A stretch of 61,863 nucleotides of DNA, counting the filler, from Squatina squatina (lineage: Eukaryota): NCBI GenBank assembly GCA_031763465.1. It is 4 parts of 3 records of this genome, joined end to end, with 100 filler letters (N's around TTAATTAATTAA, not from the genome) between each part and the next. Parts side by side here need not be neighbours in the genome. Positions count along the whole stretch, not along the records: positions 18,735 to 32,327 come from JARFOE010000189.1; positions 32,428 to 47,564 come from JARFOE010000192.1; 2 more parts are not named here. One strand, given 5' to 3'. Of the stretch, positions 23,794-35,682 are shown piece by piece. The notes beneath the pieces were generated by a model, which ran no database searches, was not told the origin of the DNA, and saw only the letters and a list, made by a program, of their open reading frames with translations. Numbering within the stretch: position 1 is the stretch's first letter; each line of letters begins with the position of its first letter. The position numbers and the translations under genes are program-made.

Positions 23794-23924
23794 GGAGTGA
23801 GTCAGCATCAACCCCAAGAGCAGTCTTTATACCCTTGGAAGAAATGCAGGGACCTGGCATAGTCCATTCAGACCAATCGCCTTCCACCATCACACAGCAC
23901 CTTATTAAAGACATCCTTATATGG
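23794..23924 (-). promoter_or_regulatory. Candidate Pol II promoter: CArG box, CCAAT, TATA, AP-1/Inr
   Basis: CCTTATATGG at 23915-23924; CCAAT at 23873-23877; TATAAA (-) at 23826-23831; Inr-like TCACTCC with +1 near 23798, overlapping TGACTCA. Confidence 0.55.
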
Positions 23925-26139
23925 AAGGGGAGGTGCCTGTGGCTTTAGGGCTGAAGGATTATATGGACCATATTGCTATAAGCAGCTGTGCAGGGTGAAC
24001 TTGCGAAGGGGTGTTTGAAGATTAAAGCGATTTGAAGAGGAACTTATTGGGCTTCAAAACAGTGAATAATAGGTACAACACAAGACAATACCATAATCAA
24101 ACCCGCACTCTTGATATAGGAAGTTTGATGGCTCCCAACTCTCTCCATTGTTGCTAATTCCCGCTTCATTGCCCTTACCCCAGTTCCCTGCACTGAGGCG
24201 GGTGCGGATTATATTCAACAAGATAAAAACTCTTTGACGCACGGTCTTATATAGTTGATGCTTCTGTTTACCATGAGCTTGTATCTTTTTAATAGGTGAC
24301 TTGGTCCCATGGATATTTGCCAATGAACAACACAGCTCTTCTGGGCGATGTTGGTATCTAGATACTTCCCAGCACGTCGGTCAGCATAAATATAAAGGAC
24401 AAGCTAAAATTTGGAAACAGAGCCTTTGTCAAACGAGTTTTGGTAAAGCCAGAAATGTCAACCTTTCTTTTACCGGTGATGACCGACATGCTGAGTATAT
24501 TTGGGGATGGGATGGGGAAAGTGGAGTTGAGGTTGACGATCAGCCATGATCTTAGTGAATGGCGGAGCAGGTTCGAGGGGACGAATGACCTACTCCTGCT
24601 CCTACTTCTTATGTTTTATGCTCTTACTTCCAGCATTTCATGTTGCTGTTTCGATTTCCAGCAATTGCTTTTTCCCTTTCGCTCCTGGTGTTGTTGGTTC
24701 CGTTATTATTATTTGCACCGAGTTCTACGATGCCCCGTTTAATGCAGTATTTTTGAAAAATATTTAACTTTTATGTATATTACGAAATGNNNNNNNNNNN
24801 NNNNNNNNNNNNNNNNNNNNNNNNNNNNNNNNNNNNNNNNNNNNNNNNNNNNNNNNNNNNNNNNNNNNNNNNNNNNNNNNNNNNNNNNNCCTTTTTATAT
24901 ACTTAAAGAAGCTCTTATTTTCTGTTTTTATATTCCTGTTCCTGTGCCCTGGTGTTCCTAGATTCTCAGAATTAGATTATCAACGTAAATCTGCTGAAAT
25001 TTTGATGATTAATATATTTTCTTTTACAATGTGAGATTTCTAATCATTTTGCTGTGTGACCTTTTCTATTCTTCCAGAAGTAGTATGTAGCAGGAGCTGG
25101 TTGTATTTTCATTGGCCATGGTATCATTGAGAGTCTGTGTGACTTTGGATCCCAAGGACCAATAATTGTGCATGCATAAGCAGATTATTCTTGGCAGTTA
25201 ATAATGGAAACTCCCCAGCATAAATGTGACTGTGTAAGAATAAGTTCCTGTCCAGAAAGCAAAAATCGACTTTTAGCTGAACTGTTAAGGAAGAAATTGT
25301 AATCTGAAGAATTTAGCATGATCTGTGTTCCACAGTTGAAACAACGACATAACTCACAAGCAGTAATGTTCTGATTGAGCTCCACTGGTCTGCCTCACAA
25401 GTGAAATAATTATAAATTGCTGACTCCTTTGCATTTAGGAATCCATGAGCTGGTAATTTCAAATGTATATAATAAACCTCCTCCTAACTAGATTGGCATG
25501 GCTTTCCGTATACAGTTTACATCAGGAAAGTTGTACAAATTAGCAACCACAGAGCCCCAGACGTTTGATTCCTGTTCCATACTGCTTGCAATGACATGAA
25601 GGCTTTTAATAAAACAGCCCTGTTAACAAAAATGTATTACTGGCTGGAACAGAGCTGTCATTTAATGCAGTGAAAGCATAATCAGTGATTCAGTTTCAAA
25701 GCACAGCAGTCATTAAACGGTTGAGTTAAGTAGCTTCAAAAACAGAGAGATACCATAATTTATAATTTAATTAAAAGAACTGTAGGAACGCAGTAATCAT
25801 CAAATCACATCAGCTGGACTATCAGTAACTCCCCATTAGTGATAAAGAAATGACTATATTACTCATTGAAACATACAAAATTCTGACAGGGCTTNNNNNN
25901 NNNNNNNNNNNNNNNNNNNNNNNNNNNNNNNNNNNNNNNNNNNNNNNNNNNNNNNNNNNNNNNNNNNNNNNNNNNNNNNNNNNNNNNNNNNNNNTTTTTG
26001 TGTCTGGTTCATTGTGTTGAATGGGTCTCGCAAATCTAATCATACTAAGTAATTTAATATATTTTACTGTTACTGGACATGAGGGGCATGAGTCTCATGG
26101 CACTAAATGGTTTAATTAACATTTCACTTTGCCCAACAG

Positions 26140-26469
26140 TTTGGCGGACAAGCTTACAACGAAGTGGAGCACACACCAGTGTGTTGCGTCGCGCTAAAGG
26201 ATATAGAGTGTGCGGGACCGCGCATTTTCCTCAGAGGAACTGTACCGTGTATCAAGTACACTGGACACTATTTTGTAACAACTTTGCTATATTCCTTTTT
26301 CCTGGGGTGCTTCGGTGTTGATAGATTTTGCCTAGCACACACGGGCACCGCAGTGGGCAAACTGCTGACACTCGGAGGTCTTGGGATATGGTGGTTTGTG
26401 GATCTAATACTACTCATCACAGGAGGCCTGATGCCCAGCGATGGCAGCAACTGGTGCACTTATTACTGA
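26140..26469 (+). CDS. TM2D2: TM2 domain-containing protein 2, terminal exon
   Basis: caacag|TTT GGC. Translates [12 protein letters not shown]...[74 protein letters not shown]. Confidence 0.96.
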   Translation, partial: FGGQAYNEVEHTPVCCVALKDIECAGPRIFLRGTVPCIKYTGHYFVTTLLYSFFLGCFGVDRFCLAHTGTAVGKLLTLGGLGIWWFVDLILLITGGLMPSDGSNWCTYY

Positions 26470-27137
26470 AGATGCACTCGAACTGAACTCCATGGAGTCC
26501 TTTTTTTTGGGTTTGGGGGAGGGAGTGGGGAAAGGACAGTGCACATCAGGAGCCTGTTTGTGTCTTGCCGTGGATCTATTTCCAGTTTGTTCGGACAGGT
26601 GTCTGAATCCTAGCACACACTTTTTTTCATCCCTCACATGTTTGGTCTATCGCTGCGGGCATATGCAAGATTATAGAAGTCTCCTTTGTAGGCTGGAATA
26701 GCTTGTGTATCATTTTTATGAAGTCTGTAAATTGTGCAATCACGTTGTTCTGTACTTGATTGTAATTTTTTGCTTAATTTGCAGTATGTAAAATTAAGTG
26801 CGCACACACCAGGATAGACATACTGGAATATTTAAGATAGAAATTATAAACACTTGCAGCCTGGTTGAATTTTTTGTGAGGTAACTATTGTTGCCTGTTC
26901 AGTGCTTTTAAGAAACAATGCCAATACAGTCTGAAATTTAAGTGGATGTAGTTTAAGCTGTAGTGGAATTAAATATGCACAGCATAGAAAGTATTTAAGG
27001 AAGTTAAAACCTGGTTGGAAGGTCTTGTACAAAATTATGTTTTCAAGCAAGTGTTAAGAAATTCAAGTGTATGCTATTTAATATATAAAGCCACCAGAGG
27101 GCATAATGTCTCACTGTTTAACAGGTGAAAAATGACC

Positions 27138-27143
27138 AATAAA
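27138..27143 (+). terminator. TM2D2 candidate polyA signal
   Basis: AATAAA after an AT-rich 3' UTR, followed by a T-rich tract. Confidence 0.6.
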
Positions 27144-27224
27144 TAGTCTTTTTCTTTGGAAATGTATACTTAAGTGTCTGTGGGAAACATGCTTTTATTT
27201 TTGATAAATATTGAGAGACGCTTA

Positions 27225-27849
27225 CATAAGAATTGGGTGCAGGAGGAGGCCATTCGGCCCCTCGAGGCTGCTCCATCATTCAATGAGATCGTGGCTGATC
27301 TGATTCTGGCCTCAACTCCACTTTCTTGCCTGTTCCCCATAACCTTTGACTCCCTTGCTGATNNNNNNNNNNGATCAAAAATCTGCCTATCTCAGCCATG
27401 AATTCATTCAATGACTCAGCCTCCACAGCTCTCTAGGGTAAAGAATTCCAAAGATTCACAACTCTCTGAGAGAAGAAATTTCTCCTCGTATCTCTTTTAA
27501 ATGGGCGACCCCTTATTCTGAGACTATGCCCCTAGTTCTAGATTCCCCTACGAGGGGAACCATCCTCTCTGCATTTACCCTGTCAAGCCCCTTCAGAATC
27601 TTGTATGTTTCAATAAGATCACCTCTCATTCTTCTAAACTCCAATGAATATAGGCCCAACCTGCTCAACCTTTCCTCAGAAGACAATCCCTCCATACCCG
27701 GAATCGACCTAGTGAACCTTCTCTGAACTGCCTCCAATGCAAGTATATCCTTTCTTAAATAAGGGGACCAAAACTGTAGGCAGTACTCTAGGTGTGGTCT
27801 CACCAGGGCCCTGTACAGCTGTAGCAAGACTTCTCTACTTTTATACTCC
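27225..27849 (-). mobile_element. CR1 LINE 3' portion, relatively young
   Basis: ORF 27513-27827 translates LYRALVRPHLEYCLQFWSPYLRKDILALEAVQRRFTR...LEFRRMRGDLIETYKIL. CR1 tail present. Confidence 0.92.
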
Positions 27850-28613
27850 NNNNNNNNNNCAACACATTCGGTTGCAGGTCAGACCTGAGAATTTACAGTA
27901 ATATGAGCAGGGAAAAGCTGACTACTTTTTATTTAGTAGAAGGTAAGGTTACATTGTACATTCACGGTGATGTTTGATTCGGCCAATGCGTGTCAGATTT
28001 ATTTCACACTGCTTCCTAGCCACCATCGAACAGCTGTAGTGGCAGCAGCCTTGCTTCAACTACCCGTTAACTTATTTTCTCATTGTGAGGTAGGGAAAAG
28101 GAGTTTGGAAGGCAGAGAGCAAGAATTATTGGCAGGTAGGGAGACGGAGCTGGTAGAGGGAGGAGAAAACTGGTAGGCATGAAGAAGAAGCAAGCTNNNN
28201 NNNNNNNNNNNNNNNNNNNNNNNNNNNNNNNNNNNNNNNNNNNNNNNNNNNNNNNNNNNNNNNNNNNNNNNNNNNNNNNNNNNNNNNNNNNNNNNNGGGG
28301 GGGGGGGGGGGGGGGGGGGGGGGGGAGAGAGGATGTGTGTGATAAGAGAAGAATTAAAAAAGAACTCCGCTCTGCATGGTGCACCTTTTGCATTTTAAAA
28401 ACCTCAGCAGTACACCACAAAAATGCAATGCCGTGTTCTTTCCTTTCTGCTTATTTCACAGTTTCCATAATCAAAACCAGTCCATAGTTCTCCACCTCGC
28501 AGCTGGTCTTCTTGGAAATGCACAAATCGGAGTGACTGATGGTGTGTTCATGTAAAAGTCGTCTCACAGCCTGTTTTTAATCAGCAATGTACGATTAATG
28601 TAGTGACTCCTAC

Positions 28614-28728
28614 CTTTTAGCTGGCGGTCATGAGATTCCGCGAGGAATTGCTGAATTCTGTTTGCAGGGATGGCGAAAGAAATCCCAGCCGTCACTTTAA
28701 GTGTGTTAATGCCAATGACTTCACCATC
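28614..28728 (-). CDS. HTRA4: HtrA serine protease exon (end of protease domain); HTRA4 by position next to TM2D2, but the sequence also resembles HTRA1
   Basis: ctgcag|GAT ... G|gtagga, 115 bp. Translates [38 protein letters not shown](G). The family call is secure; the paralogue call is inferred. Confidence 0.7.
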
Positions 28729-28796
28729 CTGCAGGGTAAAACAGTTCACAACCAAACAATGTTTAATCAAATTGCCTGGCTAAAGAAAAACTTCAC

Positions 28797-29189
28797 GGGG
28801 GAGAAATTCGGCATGTTAGCGCCTGGCGGGGGTGGGGGGTGCGCTAACTGAACGCTCAGGCAGTAGTGCCGTGGCAGGGCGAATCTTGCACCGCATGGCA
28901 AATTCGCCGGCCCCATAGCAGTTGGCGTGCTGGCACGCTTCGCCATGCAAATCGTGACGTCAGTGAGCGTGCAACGCTCGCTGGACGCCCGACCTGCAAA
29001 CTTAAGTAGCGCCCCCCCGCCTCGCGTCGACAGCGCCAGTGAGCGGAGATCTGAAGCAGCTGGCTGGCGAGGTGCTGCTTAAAGGGATGTGCCCCAGCTG
29101 TCAAGGAACTTCCGTTCCAAAGGTCGGTTACGAGTGGCAAAGATGTATCTGCAGCCAGATAAAGGATCCTTAGTCCCTGGAGTGTTGCG
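28797..29189. mobile_element. GC-rich DNA-transposon-like fragment
   Basis: Begins ggggagaaattcgg, the same terminus style as the other MITEs, and is CpG-rich against AT-rich flanks. Confidence 0.4.
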
Positions 29190-29574
29190 NNNNNNNNNNN
29201 NNNNNNNNNNNNNNNNNNNNNNNNNNNNNNNNNNNNNNNNNNNNNNNNNNNNNNNNNNNNNNNNNNNNNNNNNNNNNNNNNNNNNNNNNCCTTGGTTTCT
29301 CAACATTGAATTGACTGTAGCACTGTCAAAAGGGGTTCCCCAGCAGTGATTTCATCAAGCTGTCTAGGCAACCAATCTGTTGAAGATTTCTCACAAACAG
29401 CAAGCCTGGAAATAAAAAACACTGATTCAATTCACTTTTAAGTTTTTTTTACAGAGAGCAAAACCTTGGGTTGTGACAGATACTATAGAGATGCAAGTTA
29501 TTTTTTAACTAAATGTAATTGGTTATCTCAACTTTGAGATACCTTTGCACATGATGCATATTGCTTTATTCCCT

Positions 29575-29940
29575 AGAATTTAGATGAATGAGAGGTGATT
29601 TCATTGAATCATATAAAATTCTTACAGGGTTTGACAGGGTAGGAGGATGTTTCCCTTGGCTGGAGAGTCTAGAACTAGGGGTCACAGTCTCCGAATAAGG
29701 GGTCAGCCATTTAGGTCTGAGAAGAGGAGAAATTTCTTCACTCGGGGGTGGTGAATCTTTGGAATTCTCGACCCAGAGGGCAGTATTTGAGTATATTGAA
29801 GACAGAGATTGATAGATTTTTGGATCTTAAGAGAATCAAGGAATATGGAGATAGTGCAGGAAAGTGGAGTTGAGGTAGAAGATCAGCCATGATCTTATTG
29901 AATGGCGGAGTCGGCTCGAGGAGCCGAATGGTTCCTATTT
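29575..29940 (+). mobile_element. CR1 LINE 3' end
   Basis: ORF2 C-terminal remnant plus the tail gatcagccatgatcttattgaatggcggag. Confidence 0.85.
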
Positions 29941-32109
29941 TNNNNNNNNNNNNNNNNNNNNNNNNNNNNNNNNNNNNNNNNNNNNNNNNNNNNNNNNNNN
30001 NNNNNNNNNNNNNNNNNNNNNNNNNNNNNNNNNNNNNNNNNGCTTTTGGTCACCTGCCCCAATATCTCATGTGGCTCGATGTCAAATTTTGTCTGATGAC
30101 GCTCCTGTTAAACGCCTTGGGACGTTAAAGGCGCTATGCCAATGCAAGTTGCTGTGATACAAAAGTAAGAATTCAGAGCACATAACCGATGAAAGTGAAA
30201 CCCACCATCGTTTTTATTCAGGCAATGACAATGGAAAAAATATATTAGTACATGGAATCCAAATTTTATAATATCTTTTCAGATTTTTTTTTGTAGTTAC
30301 AACTTTAAAAATCTTTATTGAACTATAACATATAAAAGACAAATATATCTGTATATAAAAAATTATGCAGGTGAAGGTTTTCAAAGTGATAAGCAGCGGA
30401 GNNNNNNNNNNGAGTATGGCCAAGGCAAAACGACAAAAAGGAACGACAGAGCTGGTGCGAGTTATTCAGACAAGTCACAAAGTGGAAACGACACAGTGAA
30501 GGGACCAGTACTTGAATCACCAATACCCTATTTGCACTGGCACGAGCACGATATCCAGAAAGTTATTGATGCAGGCAGAACAAAAATGAGATAAGATCTT
30601 TCACTGAATTGCTGAGCGCAATCTGCAGGGAAGATTCCGTAAAATCTACAGTCATGACGGGCTGTAGGGACCTGTGCTGTTGCTGGGAGAGATAGGGGGA
30701 ACAGCATAAGATTGTGGACCAAGAATTTTAGTATTCTGCACTGTTATCTGTCAGCTTCAGGGCTTAAAATATTCGTGAATTAATATTAAACCTATATTGT
30801 TCAGTGTAGAGCGGTTTCTGTGCGTTCAAAATCCCATTATACTGTTATGACTCCTGTGGAAATGTGAATACGGTTACATGTCTTATGTGCGGAGGTTTTC
30901 CTTGCTTTAAGGAAGCTATTCAAGTGTCAGTATGTAACAGTGCTATGTGCCAACATCTCCACCCTCAGGACCAGGCTCTCGAAACCCCTGAGCATCAACA
31001 CGGCGAGAGTCCTGAGGGGGAAAAAATAAATCAAATGAAAATAAAGCTCGTGATGTTGTGGAAAAATGGAACTGATTTCACTTAAGCACAAAGCTAATAA
31101 CTGAGTACAGCTTCAATAAAGCTAATTATAAAGAAAATGCATCTTTCAATCTGTGGCCGTTATATTCAAACAGAATCTTCTGTTTGTTATAGCCATGGCT
31201 GAAATTAATGTGATACTTAGATTCACCTAGAAAAAGTGCTTACGGATTTAACAAAAAATAAGATCAATTCTTCAAGAACAAGTATTTTCTGGATCAGTTT
31301 TGGGACCTGGAGTTCAAACTCTTAGAGCACTTGTTACTACACTGCAGTATCTTTAAAAAATAAAAAAATCAGTCCCAATGACATTGACCTCAGCAAATCA
31401 AAGTTTGCCCAGCGCACTGTCGCCGAGCACTCATTAATCTCTGGCCCTTCCACTGGGCGGGGGAAATGTACTCCTATATTTAAACCATTTCCTGAGGCAT
31501 CTAGTCCATTACACATGTCTTGCCTTCCAGCTCCTTGCTGTGATAACTGTCGCAACATCCGCAAGTAGAAAACCTGCATAGAAAAACCTCCTGTAAATTC
31601 CTGTGGCAAGCTACTCTCTTCAAATCCTTCAGCTGTGTTTGGACTAATTGTCCTGCATTTTAAAAAAAATCGTTCAAACTGTAAGTGGTCTCATTGGTGC
31701 TTTTGTTCCATCCTTTAACAGATCCTTTGGATGTGCCTTTCACCTGCGTCCTGCTGTTTGCAGCGATAATCTCGCTTTAGCGGAAAACCCGTTCTGTTTC
31801 TTCCCGAATTCCCCCCACCCCCACAACCCTCCTCCTTCCACTGACTCTGGCCGCTGAGGCATTTATATTACCTTTCCGCCCAAGTAACATATTAAAGCTC
31901 TTTGGACAAACTGTTAAGACTTGGAGACGAGCCATTGTTCTGCCTCTGCTTCCAAGGAATTGTCCCTGAGCTGCCTTCGGTCTTCAGCTGCCTTAGTTTT
32001 CAGCTTCTTGCCAATGGATTTACTCTGCGTTGGATTTGAATGCAGTGCAGGATAAACAAGGACTTGTATGAATAAAAAAAAACTTGCATTTTAATTTGTC
32101 TCTTTTAAT

Positions 32110-32327
32110 GTCTTTCAGACGAAACTTTAAACCCAGGCACTGCCTGCTCTCTTAGCTGGGTGTAAAAGATCTCATGGTAATGTTTGAAAAAGAGCAGAGG
32201 AGCCTTGGGCCAATATTGATCCCTCAATCAACATCACCGAATCACAGAATATCTGACCGTTATCTCATTGCTGTTTATGGGACCTTGCTGTGCACAAATT
32301 GGCTGCTGCGTTTCCTACATTATAACA
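32110..32327 (+). mobile_element. DeuSINE/SacSINE1-like fragment
   Basis: Contains tgtaaaagatctcatgg...tgctgtgcacaaattggctgctgcgtttcctacattata. Confidence 0.75.
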
Positions 32328-32427
32328 NNNNNNNNNNNNNNNNNNNNNNNNNNNNNNNNNNNNNNNNNNNNTTAATTAATTAANNNNNNNNNNNNNNNNN
32401 NNNNNNNNNNNNNNNNNNNNNNNNNNN
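32328..32427. other. Artificial scaffold linker
   Basis: 44N + TTAATTAATTAA + 44N. Confidence 0.97.
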
Positions 32428-32729
32428 GAGCAGCTCTTTACGGTCCTTCCTCGAGTGTAGCTTTTTATAGGAAAAACCAAGATATAAAACTTTAATCGTT
32501 TCTCATATTTATCTTTCCTTTTGTAACAGTGCTTAGTATATTTAAGCAAAACCGTTTAATAAAATATTTGAAACTCAGGACTTTTATTCATAATTTCAGC
32601 CAAATCTGAATAATGATACAGTCCTTACACAAGTCACTACCAGCTCATGGGAACAATGATTATTTTGAGATCTCAGAACATGCAAATAACCAAACGGCAG
32701 CTACTATAACAATTTAGAATAGATTCAGA

Positions 32730-33130
32730 GGTGTCAGTTTGGTTGAGCACTCTCACCTCTAGGTCAGAACACTGAGGGTTCAAGCCTCATTCCTGGACTA
32801 GGCTGACGCTTCAGTGCAGTGAGTAAGTGCGGCATTATTGGAGGTACCGTTGTTCAGATGGAGCCCTGTCTATCTGTTCAAGAGGACTTTAAAAATTCCA
32901 TGTAACTATTCAAACAACAGCAGGGAGGTGTCCTAGTATCCTGGCCAACATTCTTCCCTAAATCAAGACAAACAAAAGAAGTTTAACTAGTCGTTTCTTA
33001 TTTGCTGTCTGTGGGACACTACTGTGCATAAATTGGTTGCCATTTCCCCTACATAACCGTGATGGCAATTCAAAGTATTTCAAATAGCAGTATCAGGTAT
33101 AATTAATTAGCTGTGTAACACTTTGAAATG
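32730..33130 (+). mobile_element. DeuSINE/SacSINE1-like SINE, diverged
   Basis: tRNA-like head (agcactctcacctct...ggttcaagcc) and a Deu-like body. Confidence 0.7.
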
Positions 33131-35353
33131 TGAACCCAAGTAACCTATGGCATTTTTTCAGGAAAATGTGATGAGTTCATGTGTTACCTTGCATTTGATG
33201 TTTTGTAAAAAAAAAGATTTCAGCTATTTTCACTGTCCTAAAACTGTTTCCTTGAAGGTTTTCATTCTCAATAGTTTAATACTGGAGGGGATAAGTCAAA
33301 TTCTAGCAGTCTCTGTGAATGGTCAGCTTTATGATCAATAACATTTTCTAAAACATATAGGTGCAAACTGGAAGTTGCCATCTGTTAACTGGAGATTTTT
33401 CAAGTCTAACTCTGGAGATGTGAACTCATGCCTAAGGCTTCCAGTATAGGCACAGGCCTCTGGTGTTACAGACATTTCAAANNNNNNNNNNNNNNNNNNN
33501 NNNNNNNNNNNNNNNNNNNNNNNNNNNNNNNNNNNNNNNNNNNNNNNNNNNNNNNNNNNNNNNNNNNNNNNNNNNNNNNNNCAGTTGGAGGTCCTGATGC
33601 AGGAGATACACCAAAAAAGGGTGATACTATTTGAGACCAAGACCACTTTTCAGTAAAAGCATAGGTGCTTGCTGCTTTGATAGGTTGACAACCGAGTCCA
33701 TGAAGTCACCCAGCTTACATGTATTTGGCTGCAAATGAAAAAGAAGTTTATTGGCATCAGTGAAATCTCTGGTCGGTATGCTCCTCACCATTGCATACAT
33801 TTCTTGAGACACCCATCAAGCATGGCACAAATCTAAGCTAGAAATTCCCACACGCTCTGGAAGGTACCATTTCAAGCATAATATACAACTATTATCCTTT
33901 TGCATACACTTTTTTATGCAAAACTGGACGGCACACTTCTCCTGAAGGTCTAGGTGGTAGACGTAAACTGCAAATAAACATGCAAGCTTCCAGCTCAAGA
34001 CCTCCTGCTGTTGAGGGGTTTCTCAGTGGGTTTCTCGGTGTCCATTCACATGAGCATTTTAGTTGCTGATGAGGATCGGATGGGAAAGTGGAGTCAAGTT
34101 GAGGTTGAAGACAACCATGATCTTATTAAGTATGTTACCCGCCTCCTTTCTCTCTGTACCCGAGATCAAACACTTTGAGTTTCAAAATTCAACAGGGAAC
34201 TGTTCAGCTGATCTTAGCCCAATAATCACAGACTTAGACATCACTTGTAATAATGAATATTAATCCAGAAGCATCTATGTACGGAATCCTATAACAAAGC
34301 TGCAGTTGGATAATTCATATGCCACATAAGGAATATTAGCCAAAGGGTATCAGACAAATATTTACCCCTTTTTACCATAGTTCCATTAGAAAATTGTCTG
34401 GAAATTTACCATCCACATCAAAGGGTGATTAGGTGCCTAAAGGTATCTGAAGATATTGAAANNNNNNNNNNNNNNNNNNNNNNNNNNNNNNNNNNNNNNN
34501 NNNNNNNNNNNNNNNNNNNNNNNNNNNNNNNNNNNNNNNNNNNNNNNNNNNNNNNNNNNNNATTCAGGGGAAAAAAAAGGTTTTGCTGCCAAAAGGATGT
34601 TTAAATTTAGAGAAGTGAAAATCAAGTGGAGTAGCATTGAATGCTGCTCCTATAAATGAAAGCACTTTAATGAGATTAAAATGAGATTATAAATAAAATG
34701 TGTCAAGGAAAATCTGACAGCTACAGCAGGAATGAAACAGAGGTTCCTTGTTTGTTTGAATGTCACTAATTATAAGAAAGGCCTATATAAACATTAATTT
34801 TAACCATATGTGTAACATACTGTAAAATTTAAGCATAACACAGAATGACTTCTATCAACAAATACAAATAGACTTCACCAGTTTCTCCTGGTCCAGACTG
34901 GTTTGAAATGATTTGTGAAAAAAATTGTTGTCTGCAACACATGATTTTTGTATTTGGATAACATTGACCAAATATTTCACATTTAGAACAGAACTGTAGT
35001 GACTTCCACCTTCAAAGCATTAGTCTAAAACAAATAACAGAAGAGAAAAAAAAACCTTCCATTTTATTATTTACTGCATTTTGTACAATGCTCAGTACCT
35101 AACAGGAACTCACATTGAATACAATATGAGTAAATGTGTTCTAAAGCAAAACATTCTCTGAATGGAACAATTGCATACATATATTTATACTAAATCTCAC
35201 AGCTGCCAGTTGCAATTTGATATTTTTGTTAACTATGTTTACTACATGTTGAANNNNNNNNNNNNNNNNNNNNNNNNNNNNNNNNNNNNNNNNNNNNNNN
35301 NNNNNNNNNNNNNNNNNNNNNNNNNNNNNNNNNNNNNNNNNNNNNNNNNNNNN

Positions 35354-35682
35354 ACGCATCACCTCGCCCCTTTGTTGCGCACGAACGCCGTTCCCTCTGA
35401 CGTACCCTCTTCCTCCATCCTTACCCCCTCCCCACTTACCGGCCGACGCCGTTACGTTCAACGCGTTCCCTGTTCTGTCCTGCGTCTCTCCTCCCGTCGC
35501 TGTACGCGCTGACGCCCGAGCGCCGCTCGCCTTGGGACTGCAATGATTTAGAAGTTCAGGAATCCCACGTGACGTCACCAGAGGGTGATGTAATGCTTCT
35601 CTAAATAGAATGTATTGTAATCTTCTCTCAGTCCAACGTGGTTCCTCACAGAACCGCTTCTTCTATTAGAGTTTCGGTAAGT
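35354..35682 (+). promoter_or_regulatory. CpG-rich candidate promoter and short first exon upstream of the CREB5 exons
   Basis: Full CRE TGACGTCA at 35570-35577 overlapping E-box CACGTG at 35566-35571; TGATGTAAT at 35586-35594; TAAATA at 35602; Inr-like TCAGTCC with +1 near 35630; donor CG|GTAAGT at 35677. Confidence 0.55.

Noticed and set aside
23752-23817. 22-aa N-terminal extension of the orphan ORF from the ORF track
   Set aside because: It starts at TTG and overlaps the predicted TATA-to-Inr region. The ATG at 23751 has better Kozak context.
28297-28325. Poly-G run encoding poly-Gly/Pro
   Set aside because: Directly abuts a gap; likely a sequencing or assembly artefact.
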